From IMG/VR virus record IMGVR_UViG_3300032245_001127: a stretch of 64,000 nt of DNA, one strand, 5' to 3'. This document shows, in pieces, positions 20,111 through 29,158 of this stretch (positions are counted from its first letter, which is position 1; every line of letters begins with the position of its first letter). The position numbers and the translations under genes were made by a program. Source of the DNA: a virus. The notes under the pieces were generated by a model. The model had not been told where the DNA came from. It worked only from the letters and a program-made list of their open reading frames with translations, and did not search any database.

Positions 20111-20441
20111 TATCTATTTCTAATTTTGTATCTTCCTTTACTGATGGAATATAGTTTGGGTTTTTAAAAAGTTTAATCTTATGTTGAATTGTGTTGATTG
20201 CTTCTTTATAAACTTCTAATTCGTTATATTTTTTGTGATATAATTGCCAAATAGGTGAACTTCTATTCGGATCTAGATCCATTTGTGTTGAGAATATGTC
20301 TAGATATTTTGAGAACCATTTATTGAGTCTTCGAACTTGGATAGTCAAGTCTACATAAAGATACTCTAATTTAGTAATATCTTTATGCAGACAGTAATTT
20401 AAAATTTTAGTTTTAATCTTATCTTCAGTTAATATAGTCAT
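20088..20441 (-). CDS. Hypothetical protein
   Basis: First ORF behind the promoter at 20452-20480. Confidence 0.6.
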   Translation of the reverse strand: MTILTEDKIKTKILNYCLHKDITKLEYLYVDLTIQVRRLNKWFSKYLDIFSTQMDLDPNRSSPIWQLYHKKYNELEVYKEAINTIQHKIKLFKNPNYIPSVKEDTKLEIDNVKVLRS

Positions 20442-20451
20442 AGCAACGTCT

Positions 20452-20480
20452 ATTGTATAATATTTTATCGTGTAAGTAAA
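20452..20480 (-). promoter_or_regulatory. Middle-type promoter TTTACT-TACACG-N11-TACAAT (gp33-gp59 operon)
   Basis: 17-bp spacing; one-mismatch variant of the box. Confidence 0.65.
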
Positions 20481-20483
20481 GAA

Positions 20484-20732
20484 TTATTTTTCAAGATTGT
20501 TAAGTTTTTGTTTCTTTTCAGGCATTTCATTCCATCTCACCATTCGTTCCATTTGCATACCAAAAAGTGTTTCTTTTTTCATTTTTATATAACCATTGGC
20601 AACTAATTGATTAATTGTCCAATCAATTATTTTTGGAACTTCTTTATCTCTATTTCCTCTACCGAACCAATAACCAAGACCAAACAATCCAGTACCTATC
20701 ATTAACAATGGAATAGCAATTTCTTCTATCAT
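20484..20732 (-). CDS. Hypothetical membrane-anchored protein
   Basis: N-terminal TM segment. Confidence 0.6.
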   Translation of the reverse strand: MIEEIAIPLLMIGTGLFGLGYWFGRGNRDKEVPKIIDWTINQLVANGYIKMKKETLFGMQMERMVRWNEMPEKKQKLNNLEK

Positions 20733-20733
20733 A

Positions 20734-21096
20734 TTATCCTCTTCTCATTTTAGATATTTCTTGTGCTTGTTCATCGCTTATAATTGGAACTGCATTTGAT
20801 TTATGCATCGTTGCAATCCCTTTAATTAATGTACCTGTGTAGACTTTACTCTCAGCTTTAGGTGTAGAACCTGTAATATTATGATTAGTATTATATGGAA
20901 CGTTTCGAAGTGGTATATCAAATTTTGCTGGGGTTTTATCTTCAGTTTTTTTAGCTGATAATTGACTCGAGTGTAACCCTCGCGATTTAAGCCATTCTTC
21001 ATGGTTCAAATTTGCTTGTCTATTTTTTTTAGAACTTTTCATAGATGCACGAGGGTTTAAATTTAAACTCGTATAATATATTGGCATCAAAGGCAT
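20734..21096 (-). CDS. Conserved hypothetical phage protein
   Basis: C-terminal YTGTLIKGIATMHKSNAVPI...ISKMRR motif recognised from environmental T4-like phages. Confidence 0.7.
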   Translation of the reverse strand: MPLMPIYYTSLNLNPRASMKSSKKNRQANLNHEEWLKSRGLHSSQLSAKKTEDKTPAKFDIPLRNVPYNTNHNITGSTPKAESKVYTGTLIKGIATMHKSNAVPIISDEQAQEISKMRRG

Positions 21097-21117
21097 AATA
21101 TAAAAATTTAGTAAGTA

Positions 21118-21390
21118 TTAATATCCTACTTTAATTGATCCAGCAGGTGGTGTTGGGTCGAAAGTGTGTGGTTGAATTTCAGCAGATGTATGCACGTTTA
21201 CTTCTGGATTTTCTGGAACTTTATATGGTTCCGCAACCACTAAATTTTCTTCTAACACATCAATAATTTCATATTGATTTACTGATGGATTTTCAGCAAA
21301 GAATGCTCTTGCATTTGCTTCACTGTCAGATATGATTGTATGCGTTCTTTTGCCTTTAAGAATGAATACATATCTTTTTTTTTCTGCCAT
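21118..21390 (-). CDS. Hypothetical protein (late promoter upstream)
   Basis: SD AAGGAG; CTAAATA at 21440-21446. Confidence 0.6.
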   Translation of the reverse strand: MAEKKRYVFILKGKRTHTIISDSEANARAFFAENPSVNQYEIIDVLEENLVVAEPYKVPENPEVNVHTSAEIQPHTFDPTPPAGSIKVGY

Positions 21391-21451
21391 AATTTTAAAC
21401 TCCTTATTTAATTAATATTAATTGCAATTAATATATTTCTATTTAGGTATA

Positions 21452-21685
21452 TTAATAATTGTTATTATAATATCCAGCTTCAGAAAGTATTTCATCTTTT
21501 ACGTCAGAAGCATCATCATCATAATATGCACCATGATTATAGTCGTTTTCAATACTATCAATTTCATAGGCACTTTTAGATAAAATATTTTTCACTTGTT
21601 TAATAGAAATGCCAAGTTCATCAGCAATATCATTATTTGAAAGACCTTTATCTTTATATTCATTTACTAATTCAAACATATTCAT
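21452..21685 (-). CDS. Small HTH protein with acidic tail
   Basis: KGLSNNDIADELGISIKQVKNIL; first gene behind an early promoter. Confidence 0.7.
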   Translation of the reverse strand: MNMFELVNEYKDKGLSNNDIADELGISIKQVKNILSKSAYEIDSIENDYNHGAYYDDDASDVKDEILSEAGYYNNNY

Positions 21686-21720
21686 ATTATATTTCCTTTT
21701 ATTTGTTTAATTCACCCTCT

Positions 21721-21790
21721 ATTCTACTATAAAACCCTCTAAAAGTAAATGCTTCCATAAAATAAAAAAGGTATATAAATCAATGACTTA
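21721..21790 (-). promoter_or_regulatory. Early sigma70-like promoter (TTTACT-17-TAGAAT) with upstream A-tract and IHF-consensus box
   Basis: -10 at 21721-21726, -35 at 21744-21749, AATCAATGACTTA at 21778-21790. Confidence 0.75.
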
Positions 21791-21792
21791 TA

Positions 21793-21990
21793 TTATTGAT
21801 TATAATGAAACTCCATTAAAAGAGTTTTTTTAGTCAATTTTGCTGTTTTATTTGATGCTTTTAAAGAATCCATATATCTCACTGCTTCAACTTGCAGCAC
21901 TTCAAAATCTTTATTTTCAAAAACTTGAGATATTTGTTTACCATCACTGGTATTAAAATGCACTATAATTTTTTGAGAATAATTAGACAT
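21793..21990 (-). CDS. Hypothetical early protein
   Basis: ORF in packed array with GGAG SD. Confidence 0.55.
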   Translation of the reverse strand: MSNYSQKIIVHFNTSDGKQISQVFENKDFEVLQVEAVRYMDSLKASNKTAKLTKKTLLMEFHYNQ

Positions 21991-22159
21991 TTTCTCCGAA
22001 CTTTCCTATACGTTGAATTTGTCCACCCTTTGATAAAAATTCTTGCATCATTTTTTCTCGTTCTTCTTTCGTCATTCTTGGTGGGCTTATATCGTATTCA
22101 GCACCAAATGAAGAAACTCGTTCTTTATTACTTGCTTGTTTTTTTCTTCGTTTTCCCAT
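21983..22159 (-). CDS. Small hypothetical protein (58 aa; not in ORF track)
   Basis: Manual: MGKRRKKQASNKE...MMQEFLSKGGQIQRIGKFGENV; fills the gap in the operon. Confidence 0.5.
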   Translation of the reverse strand: MGKRRKKQASNKERVSSFGAEYDISPPRMTKEEREKMMQEFLSKGGQIQRIGKFGENV

Positions 22160-22409
22160 GATTATTTTTTTCTTTGATTATTGTTGATTTGCCCACTTCA
22201 TCTTTATATAAAGTATATGAGCCTGTTCTATCAAAATAATATCCATCAACAGTTAAATTAGATTTTACTTTTTTTGCTCTAAATTTTTTACTTTTAATTA
22301 TATCTGTTTTAATTAAAGATATTCGATGTGTTGCTGCTTTATACATTCCATCTTGTATATAATCTAAAACATCATTTAAATCATCAACTACTTTATTTAA
22401 GTCTATCAT
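22128..22409 (-). CDS. Hypothetical early protein
   Basis: Packed ORF. Confidence 0.55.
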   Translation of the reverse strand: MIDLNKVVDDLNDVLDYIQDGMYKAATHRISLIKTDIIKSKKFRAKKVKSNLTVDGYYFDRTGSYTLYKDEVGKSTIIKEKNNHGKTKKKTSK

Positions 22410-22417
22410 AATGTATC

Positions 22418-22591
22418 CTATTGTATATTGTTTTTTCTTGCAAAGAAAGTTTCAGAATCGTCAATCTCAGATATCCATCTTTTTATTTCAGATTCTGGTA
22501 AAACGTTTTTTGCACCTTTATATTCTACTATAAAGATATCTTCATCCCAAACATTTTTGCCAAAGTTAATTAAATGTTTCTTTTTTACCAT
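22418..22591 (-). CDS. Small hypothetical protein (57 aa; not in ORF track)
   Basis: Manual: MVKKKHLINFGKNVWDEDIFIVEYKG...; fills the gap. Confidence 0.5.
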   Translation of the reverse strand: MVKKKHLINFGKNVWDEDIFIVEYKGAKNVLPESEIKRWISEIDDSETFFARKNNIQ

Positions 22592-22851
22592 TTTTTTTCG
22601 AAATATTCTTTAAGTTGAAGTTTTGAAACTTTGCCTTTAAATTTTTTGCAATCTATAAAACTACCCTCGTTGCTATCATATATATCTACAAAAGTAAGGT
22701 TGTGTTTTAAACTATAAAATATCTCAGCAATAAGAATATAGTTTGTATTCATATAATTAGTTACAAAAGAAATTTCTCCTGTTTTTGAAGCATTTGCGTA
22801 TGCATCTGCATAGAAATGATCGATTCTTGGATCTACTGATACTGCTCTCAT
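22585..22851 (-). CDS. Hypothetical early protein
   Basis: Packed ORF with ATGA overlap. Confidence 0.55.
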   Translation of the reverse strand: MRAVSVDPRIDHFYADAYANASKTGEISFVTNYMNTNYILIAEIFYSLKHNLTFVDIYDSNEGSFIDCKKFKGKVSKLQLKEYFEKKW

Positions 22852-23162
22852 GCTGTTTTTAATTCAGTTGCAAGTTTATCTAATTCTACTTCGTCATTGT
22901 CATTTTCGTCACTAATTACTTTACCGACGAATTCAATTGATTGGCTGTCATAATCAGCATTTACAAAATCTAATGATAGTTGTTCAGAATTTTCATCAAC
23001 AATCGATCTTATTTCATCGTGATTAATTCCACCAAAATCGCTCACTATATCTATTGCTTCATCTCTACTATTTGCTTTTACATAATAAGATGTAGTAAGA
23101 ATATGTTGTTGAGTTAATTTATATACATTTTTATTTAAGTCTTTTTTATTTAAATATATCAT
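22848..23162 (-). CDS. Hypothetical acidic protein
   Basis: YYVKANSRDEAIDIV motif; packed ORF. Confidence 0.6.
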   Translation of the reverse strand: MIYLNKKDLNKNVYKLTQQHILTTSYYVKANSRDEAIDIVSDFGGINHDEIRSIVDENSEQLSLDFVNADYDSQSIEFVGKVISDENDNDEVELDKLATELKTA

Positions 23163-23536
23163 AATATACCTTTCATATATTCTTCTGGATTCAGAAGATG
23201 TTTATGTTGATTTTCCCACTCTTCTTCTTTTTGAGCAAGAGTTTTTTCATTTTTTAAAGAATTAGCCATCTTTTCAAGTTCACTTAAATTCATTCTTTTA
23301 AAATTTAAATGACGAGGACGATAACCATTCACATCACGAAAACGATCCCAAATATACATTTGTAAATCATATTTCTTTAAATCATCAAGAGTAAAAATGC
23401 CCATATCAGCCCAATCTTTAGGATCTTCAGACATTATACCACCAATAATGCTTTTATCAGCACGAATTTTAGAATTAGAATTTTTGATATAATTCATTAA
23501 TTCAGGTGAAATTTTTTTAATCATTCTATCACACAT
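23159..23536 (-). CDS. Hypothetical phage protein
   Basis: YIWDRFRDVNGYRPRHLNF motif. Confidence 0.65.
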   Translation of the reverse strand: MCDRMIKKISPELMNYIKNSNSKIRADKSIIGGIMSEDPKDWADMGIFTLDDLKKYDLQMYIWDRFRDVNGYRPRHLNFKRMNLSELEKMANSLKNEKTLAQKEEEWENQHKHLLNPEEYMKGIL

Positions 23537-23669
23537 TATATTTTACCCATCCATTCAGCTATTTTAATAATAGCAACCATTGAAGAATAAGAAAATAATA
23601 CCATGATCGCGAACGCCAATAAAGGTATTTTAATTTCATTAAAAAAGTTTTTCATCATATATACCGACT

Positions 23670-23805
23670 ATTCTAGCATATTTGCCGAATAAAGTAAATG
23701 GTTATGGGGGGATTTATTGAAAAAAAAAGATATATAAATCAATGACTTAGAAAATGGGGTTAAAATAAAATCATTTAAAATCAATGACTTATTCAACCCC
23801 ATTTT
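23670..23805 (-). promoter_or_regulatory. Early promoter (TTTACT-17-TGnTAGAAT) with two IHF-consensus boxes and an inverted repeat
   Basis: -10 at 23670-23675; -35 at 23693-23698; AATCAATGACTTA at 23737-23749 and 23779-23791; AAAATGGGGTT/AACCCCATTTT at 23751-23761 and 23795-23805. Confidence 0.72.
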
Positions 23806-23810
23806 ATTCA

Positions 23811-24365
23811 TTAGATATTCTTATATTTGTAGAATATATGAGAATCTATTTGAACGATTCGAATTAATCGAGATGCCCATTCTGGATTCACATATTCAGC
23901 ATGATAGTGCGTTGCACCACCTACTAAATCATCATAGTTACCTGTTAGCACTTTGCGTGCCGCAACTATCGAATCATAATATTTTAAAGAACCATAATCA
24001 ATGCGTTCTTTTTTACCATCACACCACCATGAAAATTGGCATCGATGTTTAATTGGAACGATCGCTTGTCTTTGTTCCCAATGCCATTTATTGATGGGTC
24101 CTTGTTTTACTACTCCGCAAATCGTCTTTGGATATCTTTCATCCTTAGTACGATTCATTGTGACTACACCAACTGCTATTTTACCACGCATGGATTCGCC
24201 ACCTGCTTCGTGATATATATTTTCAACAAGACACTCAAACTCTTCTGCTGAAATGTTTGATGGTCTGTTTTCTTCACCTGAAGCAAACTTAATAAAAAAA
24301 ATTGTTAATAACAGAATTACCACTATTGGTAAGATCCTGTGTTGTAACAATGTCTTATTAAACAT
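23811..24365 (-). CDS. Cell wall hydrolase, SleB/Hydrolase_2 family
   Basis: CLVENIYHEAGGE...GKIAVGVVTMNR....YPKTICGVVKQ...CQFSWWCDG...GATHYHA.YV.P.W...I.SHIFY; N-terminal TM. Confidence 0.9.
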   Translation of the reverse strand: MFNKTLLQHRILPIVVILLLTIFFIKFASGEENRPSNISAEEFECLVENIYHEAGGESMRGKIAVGVVTMNRTKDERYPKTICGVVKQGPINKWHWEQRQAIVPIKHRCQFSWWCDGKKERIDYGSLKYYDSIVAARKVLTGNYDDLVGGATHYHAEYVNPEWASRLIRIVQIDSHIFYKYKNI

Positions 24366-24389
24366 TCATTACTCCTTTTTTCTTGCACC

Positions 24390-24453
24390 ATTCTACTATA
24401 AAAAAACGCAAAAAGCAAGGTAAAAATTACAATGACAAGCTAAGTCATTGATT
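24390..24453 (-). promoter_or_regulatory. Early promoter (TTGCTT-17-TAGAAT) with an inverted IHF-consensus box
   Basis: -10 at 24390-24395; -35 at 24413-24418; TAAGTCATTGATT at 24441-24453. Confidence 0.65.
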
Positions 24454-24528
24454 TTAAATGCTTTTATTTTTTAGGAAATGATGTAGTTTAAATTAATAAC
24501 GCATTGTATTAATAATACAGTATTTACA

Positions 24529-24825
24529 CTACATGTATCTGTCCATTAGCTTTTTTTGTTTATGCCAGCGAACTCTTGCTGCTTCTTTAGCTAATTTTCT
24601 CTTCTCGCTTGGTTTCGAATATGCTTGACGATCACGTATTTCTTTAATGATCCCAGCACGATCTACTTTCTTTTTGAATCGTCGGATGGCTTGTTCTAAT
24701 TTTCCTTCCTCCACGAAAACAGTAATTCCTGTTTCTTTTGGTCGAACATAGTTCGAACGTTTATCTCGTGTAGGATCAAAATTTTGACGATCTCTAGACC
24801 GAAAGTTTTTATTATATGGCTTCAT
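24529..24825 (-). CDS. rpsU: Phage-encoded 30S ribosomal protein bS21 with N-terminal extension
   Basis: ITVFVEEGKLEQAIRRFKKKVDRAGIIKEIRDRQAYSKPSEKRKLAKEAARVR. Confidence 0.9.
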   Translation of the reverse strand: MKPYNKNFRSRDRQNFDPTRDKRSNYVRPKETGITVFVEEGKLEQAIRRFKKKVDRAGIIKEIRDRQAYSKPSEKRKLAKEAARVRWHKQKKLMDRYM

Positions 24826-24888
24826 TTATTCCATTGTTAAGTTCACGTGAATTCTATAATAATTGAGATATAGCAATTCCACATTGTT

Positions 24889-24921
24889 TATTTAGTCTAT
24901 TATATACTAAAATATCTTGGA
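24889..24921 (-). promoter_or_regulatory. Tandem middle-type (TCCAAG-N11-TATAAT) and late (CTAAATA) promoters of bS21
   Basis: Box at 24916-24921, -10 at 24899-24904, late motif at 24889-24895. Confidence 0.6.
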
Positions 24922-24966
24922 AATATACTACTTCCACGTTAATAAAAAGAGCTTAAATTAATGATT

Positions 24967-25446
24967 TTAGAGTAATTTCGCAATTACTGTAACAAGAGCA
25001 ACTAATTCTCTTATAGATTCTTCGTCTTTTGGTAATGATATATTTGCTTTTGAATGAGCATTTTTTACTGATTTATCGAATCTTCCTGCAACTGCGATTG
25101 CGTATCTTACCTGTGCTTCTAAATCAGAAGACTCATTATCTTGAGAACAAAGTAAATCTGTTCGAGTAATAAAATCTTCAGTTGCTTCTGCTGACATTCG
25201 AATTATATCATCTCTTAAATCGGCTTGTCTATCGTCAAACATTGTTTGAGATATATCATGTAATAGATCTGGAGATTTAAGAGTAAATGCAGTTGCTAAT
25301 GCAATAGTATTTACAAATGTTCGATCTTTGTTCGATAATCCTAATAATCTTGATTTGTATTCGTCGACAAATGATGGGATGCCCTCTGAATAATTTATCC
25401 ACCAAGGAGCAATCGGTTCCATTTGTTCATTTATTATTTCATTCAT
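24967..25446 (-). CDS. Hypothetical protein, possibly a degenerate AhpD/CMD fold lacking CxxC
   Basis: Helical pattern GIPSFVDEYK..L...TIALATAFTLKSPDLL...YAIAVA...AH...IRELVALVTVI loosely follows AhpD. Confidence 0.4.
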   Translation of the reverse strand: MNEIINEQMEPIAPWWINYSEGIPSFVDEYKSRLLGLSNKDRTFVNTIALATAFTLKSPDLLHDISQTMFDDRQADLRDDIIRMSAEATEDFITRTDLLCSQDNESSDLEAQVRYAIAVAGRFDKSVKNAHSKANISLPKDEESIRELVALVTVIAKLL

Positions 25447-26672
25447 AAGTTTTCTATCTCCTCTTTTCTAGTTGTTAAACATAAAGTCGTTCTCGCTTTT
25501 AATTCGTCAAAATATTCGTCATCTACAATCAGTGGCAAAATTAGTTTAATCATTTTATGAGAAGTAGTTGCTGCCATTCCAGCATTACTTAAATGATATA
25601 AACCAATAGGGGTTGCAATGGGATTAGTTTGAATTGATCTCCAGCAACCTTTACCAATTATAGATGTCGCAAGTTTTTCATTCACAAGGAATGTTTCTAA
25701 TTCTTTTATCTTTTTACCAATGTAATTTTGATGATCTATTGTTAAATAACCTTTAGAATTTAATATCTCAATTACTCTATTTGCAAGTTCTACTCCGTAC
25801 ATGTTTGGTTGCCAAGTGTGCCCCCAATCCCAATTCTTTTTACGAACTCCTTTTGTAACTTTTTCATTCGCTAATGCTGCACTTAATGGAACCATTCCAT
25901 TTGTTAATGCTTTTCCGATTGTTACAATATCTGGAGTTACTCCATAATATGTATGTGTAAAAAGTGTTCCTACTTTACCACCATATCCTGCTACATCATC
26001 AACAATCATTAATATATTAAATTCATCACAAATTTGTCGAACAGTTTTCCAAAATTCTTGACTATATGGTGCAATCGTTTCATTCCAAGGCATACTTTCC
26101 ATTATACATCCACCAATAGTTGGATTTGCTTGTAAAGTGGTAATAAAAGAATCGGTAAGCATTGTTTCGTGTTCTATACGTTCAGCGTCCGTGTACCATT
26201 CTTTACCACGAATCATCTTAACACGACTTAGTTCTTTGCTCGGAAGCATATCATTTTTAAATTGTCGATTTAAATATGTAGTTCCATGATAGCAAGGATA
26301 AAAACTTACTAAATGTGTTTTTGGTCTTCCAATATTTACCCAATAAGTATCATGCATATAAATGGCAGCTTCGTTTGCATCTGAGCCTGAAACTGCATAA
26401 GCGATACTTTCCATATTTGCAGTAGAACAAAGCGTCTCATTTAGTTTTTCAACAGCTTCACTTGTTTCACCACTATTCCCACGAATAAAATCTATTTTAT
26501 TTTTTGAAAATATATCTCTTAAATCTTCAGCTTGATAACCTAAACCGAAAGCAGCATTACCAGATTGTATTTCTAAATGTGGAGGTGCATTTAAATAATG
26601 TACCCAATATTTTTCTGTAAAGGCAATTTCTTTAATATGTTCTTGAGTGCTATTTGGTTTTAATTCAATCAT
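25443..26672 (-). CDS. PLP-dependent class III aminotransferase (BioA-like), copy 1; likely start MIELKP at 26672
   Basis: SGSDANEAA, YHGTT, IVDDVAGYGGK, PDIVTIGKALTNG (PLP Lys), WGHTW. Confidence 0.88.
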   Translation of the reverse strand: MIELKPNSTQEHIKEIAFTEKYWVHYLNAPPHLEIQSGNAAFGLGYQAEDLRDIFSKNKIDFIRGNSGETSEAVEKLNETLCSTANMESIAYAVSGSDANEAAIYMHDTYWVNIGRPKTHLVSFYPCYHGTTYLNRQFKNDMLPSKELSRVKMIRGKEWYTDAERIEHETMLTDSFITTLQANPTIGGCIMESMPWNETIAPYSQEFWKTVRQICDEFNILMIVDDVAGYGGKVGTLFTHTYYGVTPDIVTIGKALTNGMVPLSAALANEKVTKGVRKKNWDWGHTWQPNMYGVELANRVIEILNSKGYLTIDHQNYIGKKIKELETFLVNEKLATSIIGKGCWRSIQTNPIATPIGLYHLSNAGMAATTSHKMIKLILPLIVDDEYFDELKARTTLCLTTRKEEIENL

Positions 26673-26760
26673 AAGTAACAAAAAATGGATACGACAGCTA
26701 ATAACCAACCAATAATAATTAGCACTAACCAAATATTAGGTTTATGTTGTTTTATATTCA

Positions 26761-27438
26761 TTATAAATTTTTTAATTTTCTATATGTTTCTCTTAACTTT
26801 ATATAATCTTTTATATAATCATTTCTTTTAGCATCAAAGATTAATACTGATAGTGGATTTTGTACAAGCATTATAATTTTAATATTTGGTACAGGAATTT
26901 TAGTATGTTCTTCAAACATAACAGCATATGCAGCAGTCTGCATAAAATAACCTTTAATTTTATCTGCTGTTTTGCTTTTATTGCTTGTTTTAAAATCAAT
27001 TACACATAATGATTTATCATATTCAGCTATACAATCTACAGTACCAGCAGAAGTTAAATGGTCACTATACATTGGTGTTTCTAATGCATAGATATTATCT
27101 ATTTTATTCAAATAAGGAATTAATAGTTTAAATTCATGCGATTCAAATATAGACTCATCAATACCATCATTTAATAGATACGATTCGCAAAGATTATGAA
27201 TAGAAGTTCCTCTTCTCATCGCTTTACCAGATATTGCGTTTGCCTTTTCATTCCCAATTGATGCTCGCCATGCTGCGATTCCTGCTGCAGATTCTAAAGA
27301 TGTCACACTCGTAACTGATGGATATTTCTTTCCTGTTGGTGTTAAATAGGTTCGAGTAGATCCTTCTATTTTTTCTAATTTAGGAAATGATGTTGATATA
27401 TGAGTGTACCACTTTTTAGTGGTAAGTGTAGTGGTCAT
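26761..27438 (-). CDS. PD-(D/E)XK exonuclease (Cas4-like, T4-like phage type)
   Basis: YPSVTSV...RGTSIHNLCE.YL...AGTVDCIAEYD..L.VIDFKTS...YFMQ..AYA. Confidence 0.88.
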   Translation of the reverse strand: MTTTLTTKKWYTHISTSFPKLEKIEGSTRTYLTPTGKKYPSVTSVTSLESAAGIAAWRASIGNEKANAISGKAMRRGTSIHNLCESYLLNDGIDESIFESHEFKLLIPYLNKIDNIYALETPMYSDHLTSAGTVDCIAEYDKSLCVIDFKTSNKSKTADKIKGYFMQTAAYAVMFEEHTKIPVPNIKIIMLVQNPLSVLIFDAKRNDYIKDYIKLRETYRKLKNL

Positions 27439-27605
27439 TACAATTTAGTTCCAAATACTGAATATTCGTTTTCTTCTTCATTAGTGTCGTAAGTAAGTTT
27501 AATTCCTTTTAAACCCTTTTCTTTTAGTTCTTTGTCTTTCGGAGACTCTTCAACAGTACCCTCTTCCCATTGTAAATCTTCGCCGTTTAAATATAATTTA
27601 GTCAT
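27438..27605 (-). CDS. Small hypothetical protein (55 aa; not in ORF track)
   Basis: Manual: MTKLYLNGEDLQWEEG...; coupled to both neighbours. Confidence 0.55.
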   Translation of the reverse strand: MTKLYLNGEDLQWEEGTVEESPKDKELKEKGLKGIKLTYDTNEEENEYSVFGTKL

Positions 27606-28218
27606 GTGATAATACCTCTATTGCATGGTTATAATGTTTTACTCGATCTTCCAATCCAATAGTTCCACCATTAATTTTTTTGGTCATCATTACTAGATCG
27701 CCAGTATCAGCAAAGTCATTTAAATTGTTCTTATGCCAAAACCAACATGCCGAAGTAACAGCACCATCAAACGTCATAAGATAGTCAGCTAATTCTTCAA
27801 CAGGAAACTCTATACTTTTAGCGAATGCAGTATAATTATTCTTGCCAGTTAATTGGATTAATCCTCTTCCACAATATAACCAGCCATCTCCAGATTCTTC
27901 TGGACCATTACCCATTCTATTCGCATAAACTCTATTCGCAATCGCTTCTGGTTTACGAGCATAATCCATTACATTACTTTCATTAAAGTATTTTGGAAAT
28001 GTTTTTAATAAACCTTTATCGCTATAATTAAGATTTTCTTGTAAAAATTTATATTTGCCTGATTCATGAGAAGTTTGAGCAAGGAATGCTGCCACTCTAT
28101 TTAAGTTATCAATTCCATATTTTGGTAAAATCGTATTTAACGAAAGAAACCAATCTGAAATGTATTCGTTAGGACCGATGATTGAATTTAATTTAGATTC
28201 TGTAAAATTTATTTCCAT
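27598..28218 (-). CDS. Glycoside hydrolase family 19 endolysin
   Basis: RVAAFLAQTSHESG...ENLNYS...ANRVYANRMGNG..SGDGW.Y.GRGLIQLTGKNNY...TKKINGG..GLEDR. Confidence 0.92.
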   Translation of the reverse strand: MEINFTESKLNSIIGPNEYISDWFLSLNTILPKYGIDNLNRVAAFLAQTSHESGKYKFLQENLNYSDKGLLKTFPKYFNESNVMDYARKPEAIANRVYANRMGNGPEESGDGWLYCGRGLIQLTGKNNYTAFAKSIEFPVEELADYLMTFDGAVTSACWFWHKNNLNDFADTGDLVMMTKKINGGTIGLEDRVKHYNHAIEVLSHD

Positions 28219-28337
28219 TTTAATTTGTTTTTAATTGCTCGTATTAAATGAATTCCAAATAAAGCAACTATAATCATCAATAATATTATAGTAGATGTCA
28301 TTTCAATCGTAAAAATGATTGCGTCATATAAATCCAT
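28209..28337 (-). CDS. 42-aa single-TM protein upstream of the endolysin (not in ORF track)
   Basis: Manual: MDLYDAIIFTIEMTSTIILLMIIVALFGIHLIRAIKNKLKWK. Confidence 0.45.
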   Translation of the reverse strand: MDLYDAIIFTIEMTSTIILLMIIVALFGIHLIRAIKNKLKWK

Positions 28338-28338
28338 A

Positions 28339-28599
28339 TTATAAATCCGTTGTTTTATTTAATACTGATCCTGGAGTTTTCTTATGTATTTTGTTTAACA
28401 CTTCTTTAAAATCTTTCTTTCTTCCTTTTGCTGCACCAGTATTTCCAGTTGCATTCCATGGTGCTATGGTTCCAGGAAATTTAGTAAAAATTTGAATAAT
28501 GTTTTTATTCTTTTTTAAATATTTTTCTAATTCTTCATACTTCATTTCTTGTTCAAACGTTTCACCAGTTTTTGTATTTTCAAAACTATATATTGGCAT
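28339..28599 (-). CDS. FmdB-like small protein (no Cys)
   Basis: MPIYSFENTKTGETFE...FKEVLNKIHKKTPGS. Confidence 0.7.
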   Translation of the reverse strand: MPIYSFENTKTGETFEQEMKYEELEKYLKKNKNIIQIFTKFPGTIAPWNATGNTGAAKGRKKDFKEVLNKIHKKTPGSVLNKTTDL

Positions 28600-29158
28600 G
28601 TTCTAATCCTTTACTTTTATTTAGATACCAATCTGGAATAGATCTATTAGTCCATTTAGCGAAGTATGCTTTTGCAACTCTATAATAATTATGATAAGAT
28701 TGAATAGAGTTATTTGGAACTATACATTGTGGAAAATGTTTCATTGCTGGTGGTGGTTCTGAAAAAGATAAAACTGGAATATTTTTTGGAGTAATAGATA
28801 AAGCATCTTTTAATTTAGAATAGGTGCTGTGTATTTTATTATATCGATGAGTATATTCATTACATAAAGAAACCCATAATGTATAAAGATATTCATAATG
28901 AGTTTTACTCTCACGAACCCATATAGCACTCGGATGATTTTTCATTGTTGCTTTATACAACACATCATTCATTGTTGGGTGATTATAGGAAGTGTATTTG
29001 CGATTATTGATAGATTTTGAATTTACAGGATTGCCGTCTAGAACGCGATGCGCAGTCGACAATAACTGCGCATATTCTATAATCATTTTAACTACATGCT
29101 TATCGCAGTGCATTGTCGCACAAATTTGTGGATTTTTATCTAGAAAAAATATATTCAT
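28586..29158 (-). CDS. Pyrimidine-dimer DNA glycosylase (DenV-like)
   Basis: MNIFFLD....CA..HCDKHVVKMIIEYAQLLSTAH...HPSAIWVR...EYTHRY.K.H. Confidence 0.85.
   Translation of the reverse strand: MNIFFLDKNPQICATMHCDKHVVKMIIEYAQLLSTAHRVLDGNPVNSKSINNRKYTSYNHPTMNDVLYKATMKNHPSAIWVRESKTHYEYLYTLWVSLCNEYTHRYNKIHSTYSKLKDALSITPKNIPVLSFSEPPPAMKHFPQCIVPNNSIQSYHNYYRVAKAYFAKWTNRSIPDWYLNKSKGLEHANI

Noticed and set aside
26761-27438. Cas4-like nuclease as part of a CRISPR-Cas system
   Set aside because: No array or other cas genes; it matches the stand-alone exonuclease common in T4-like phages.
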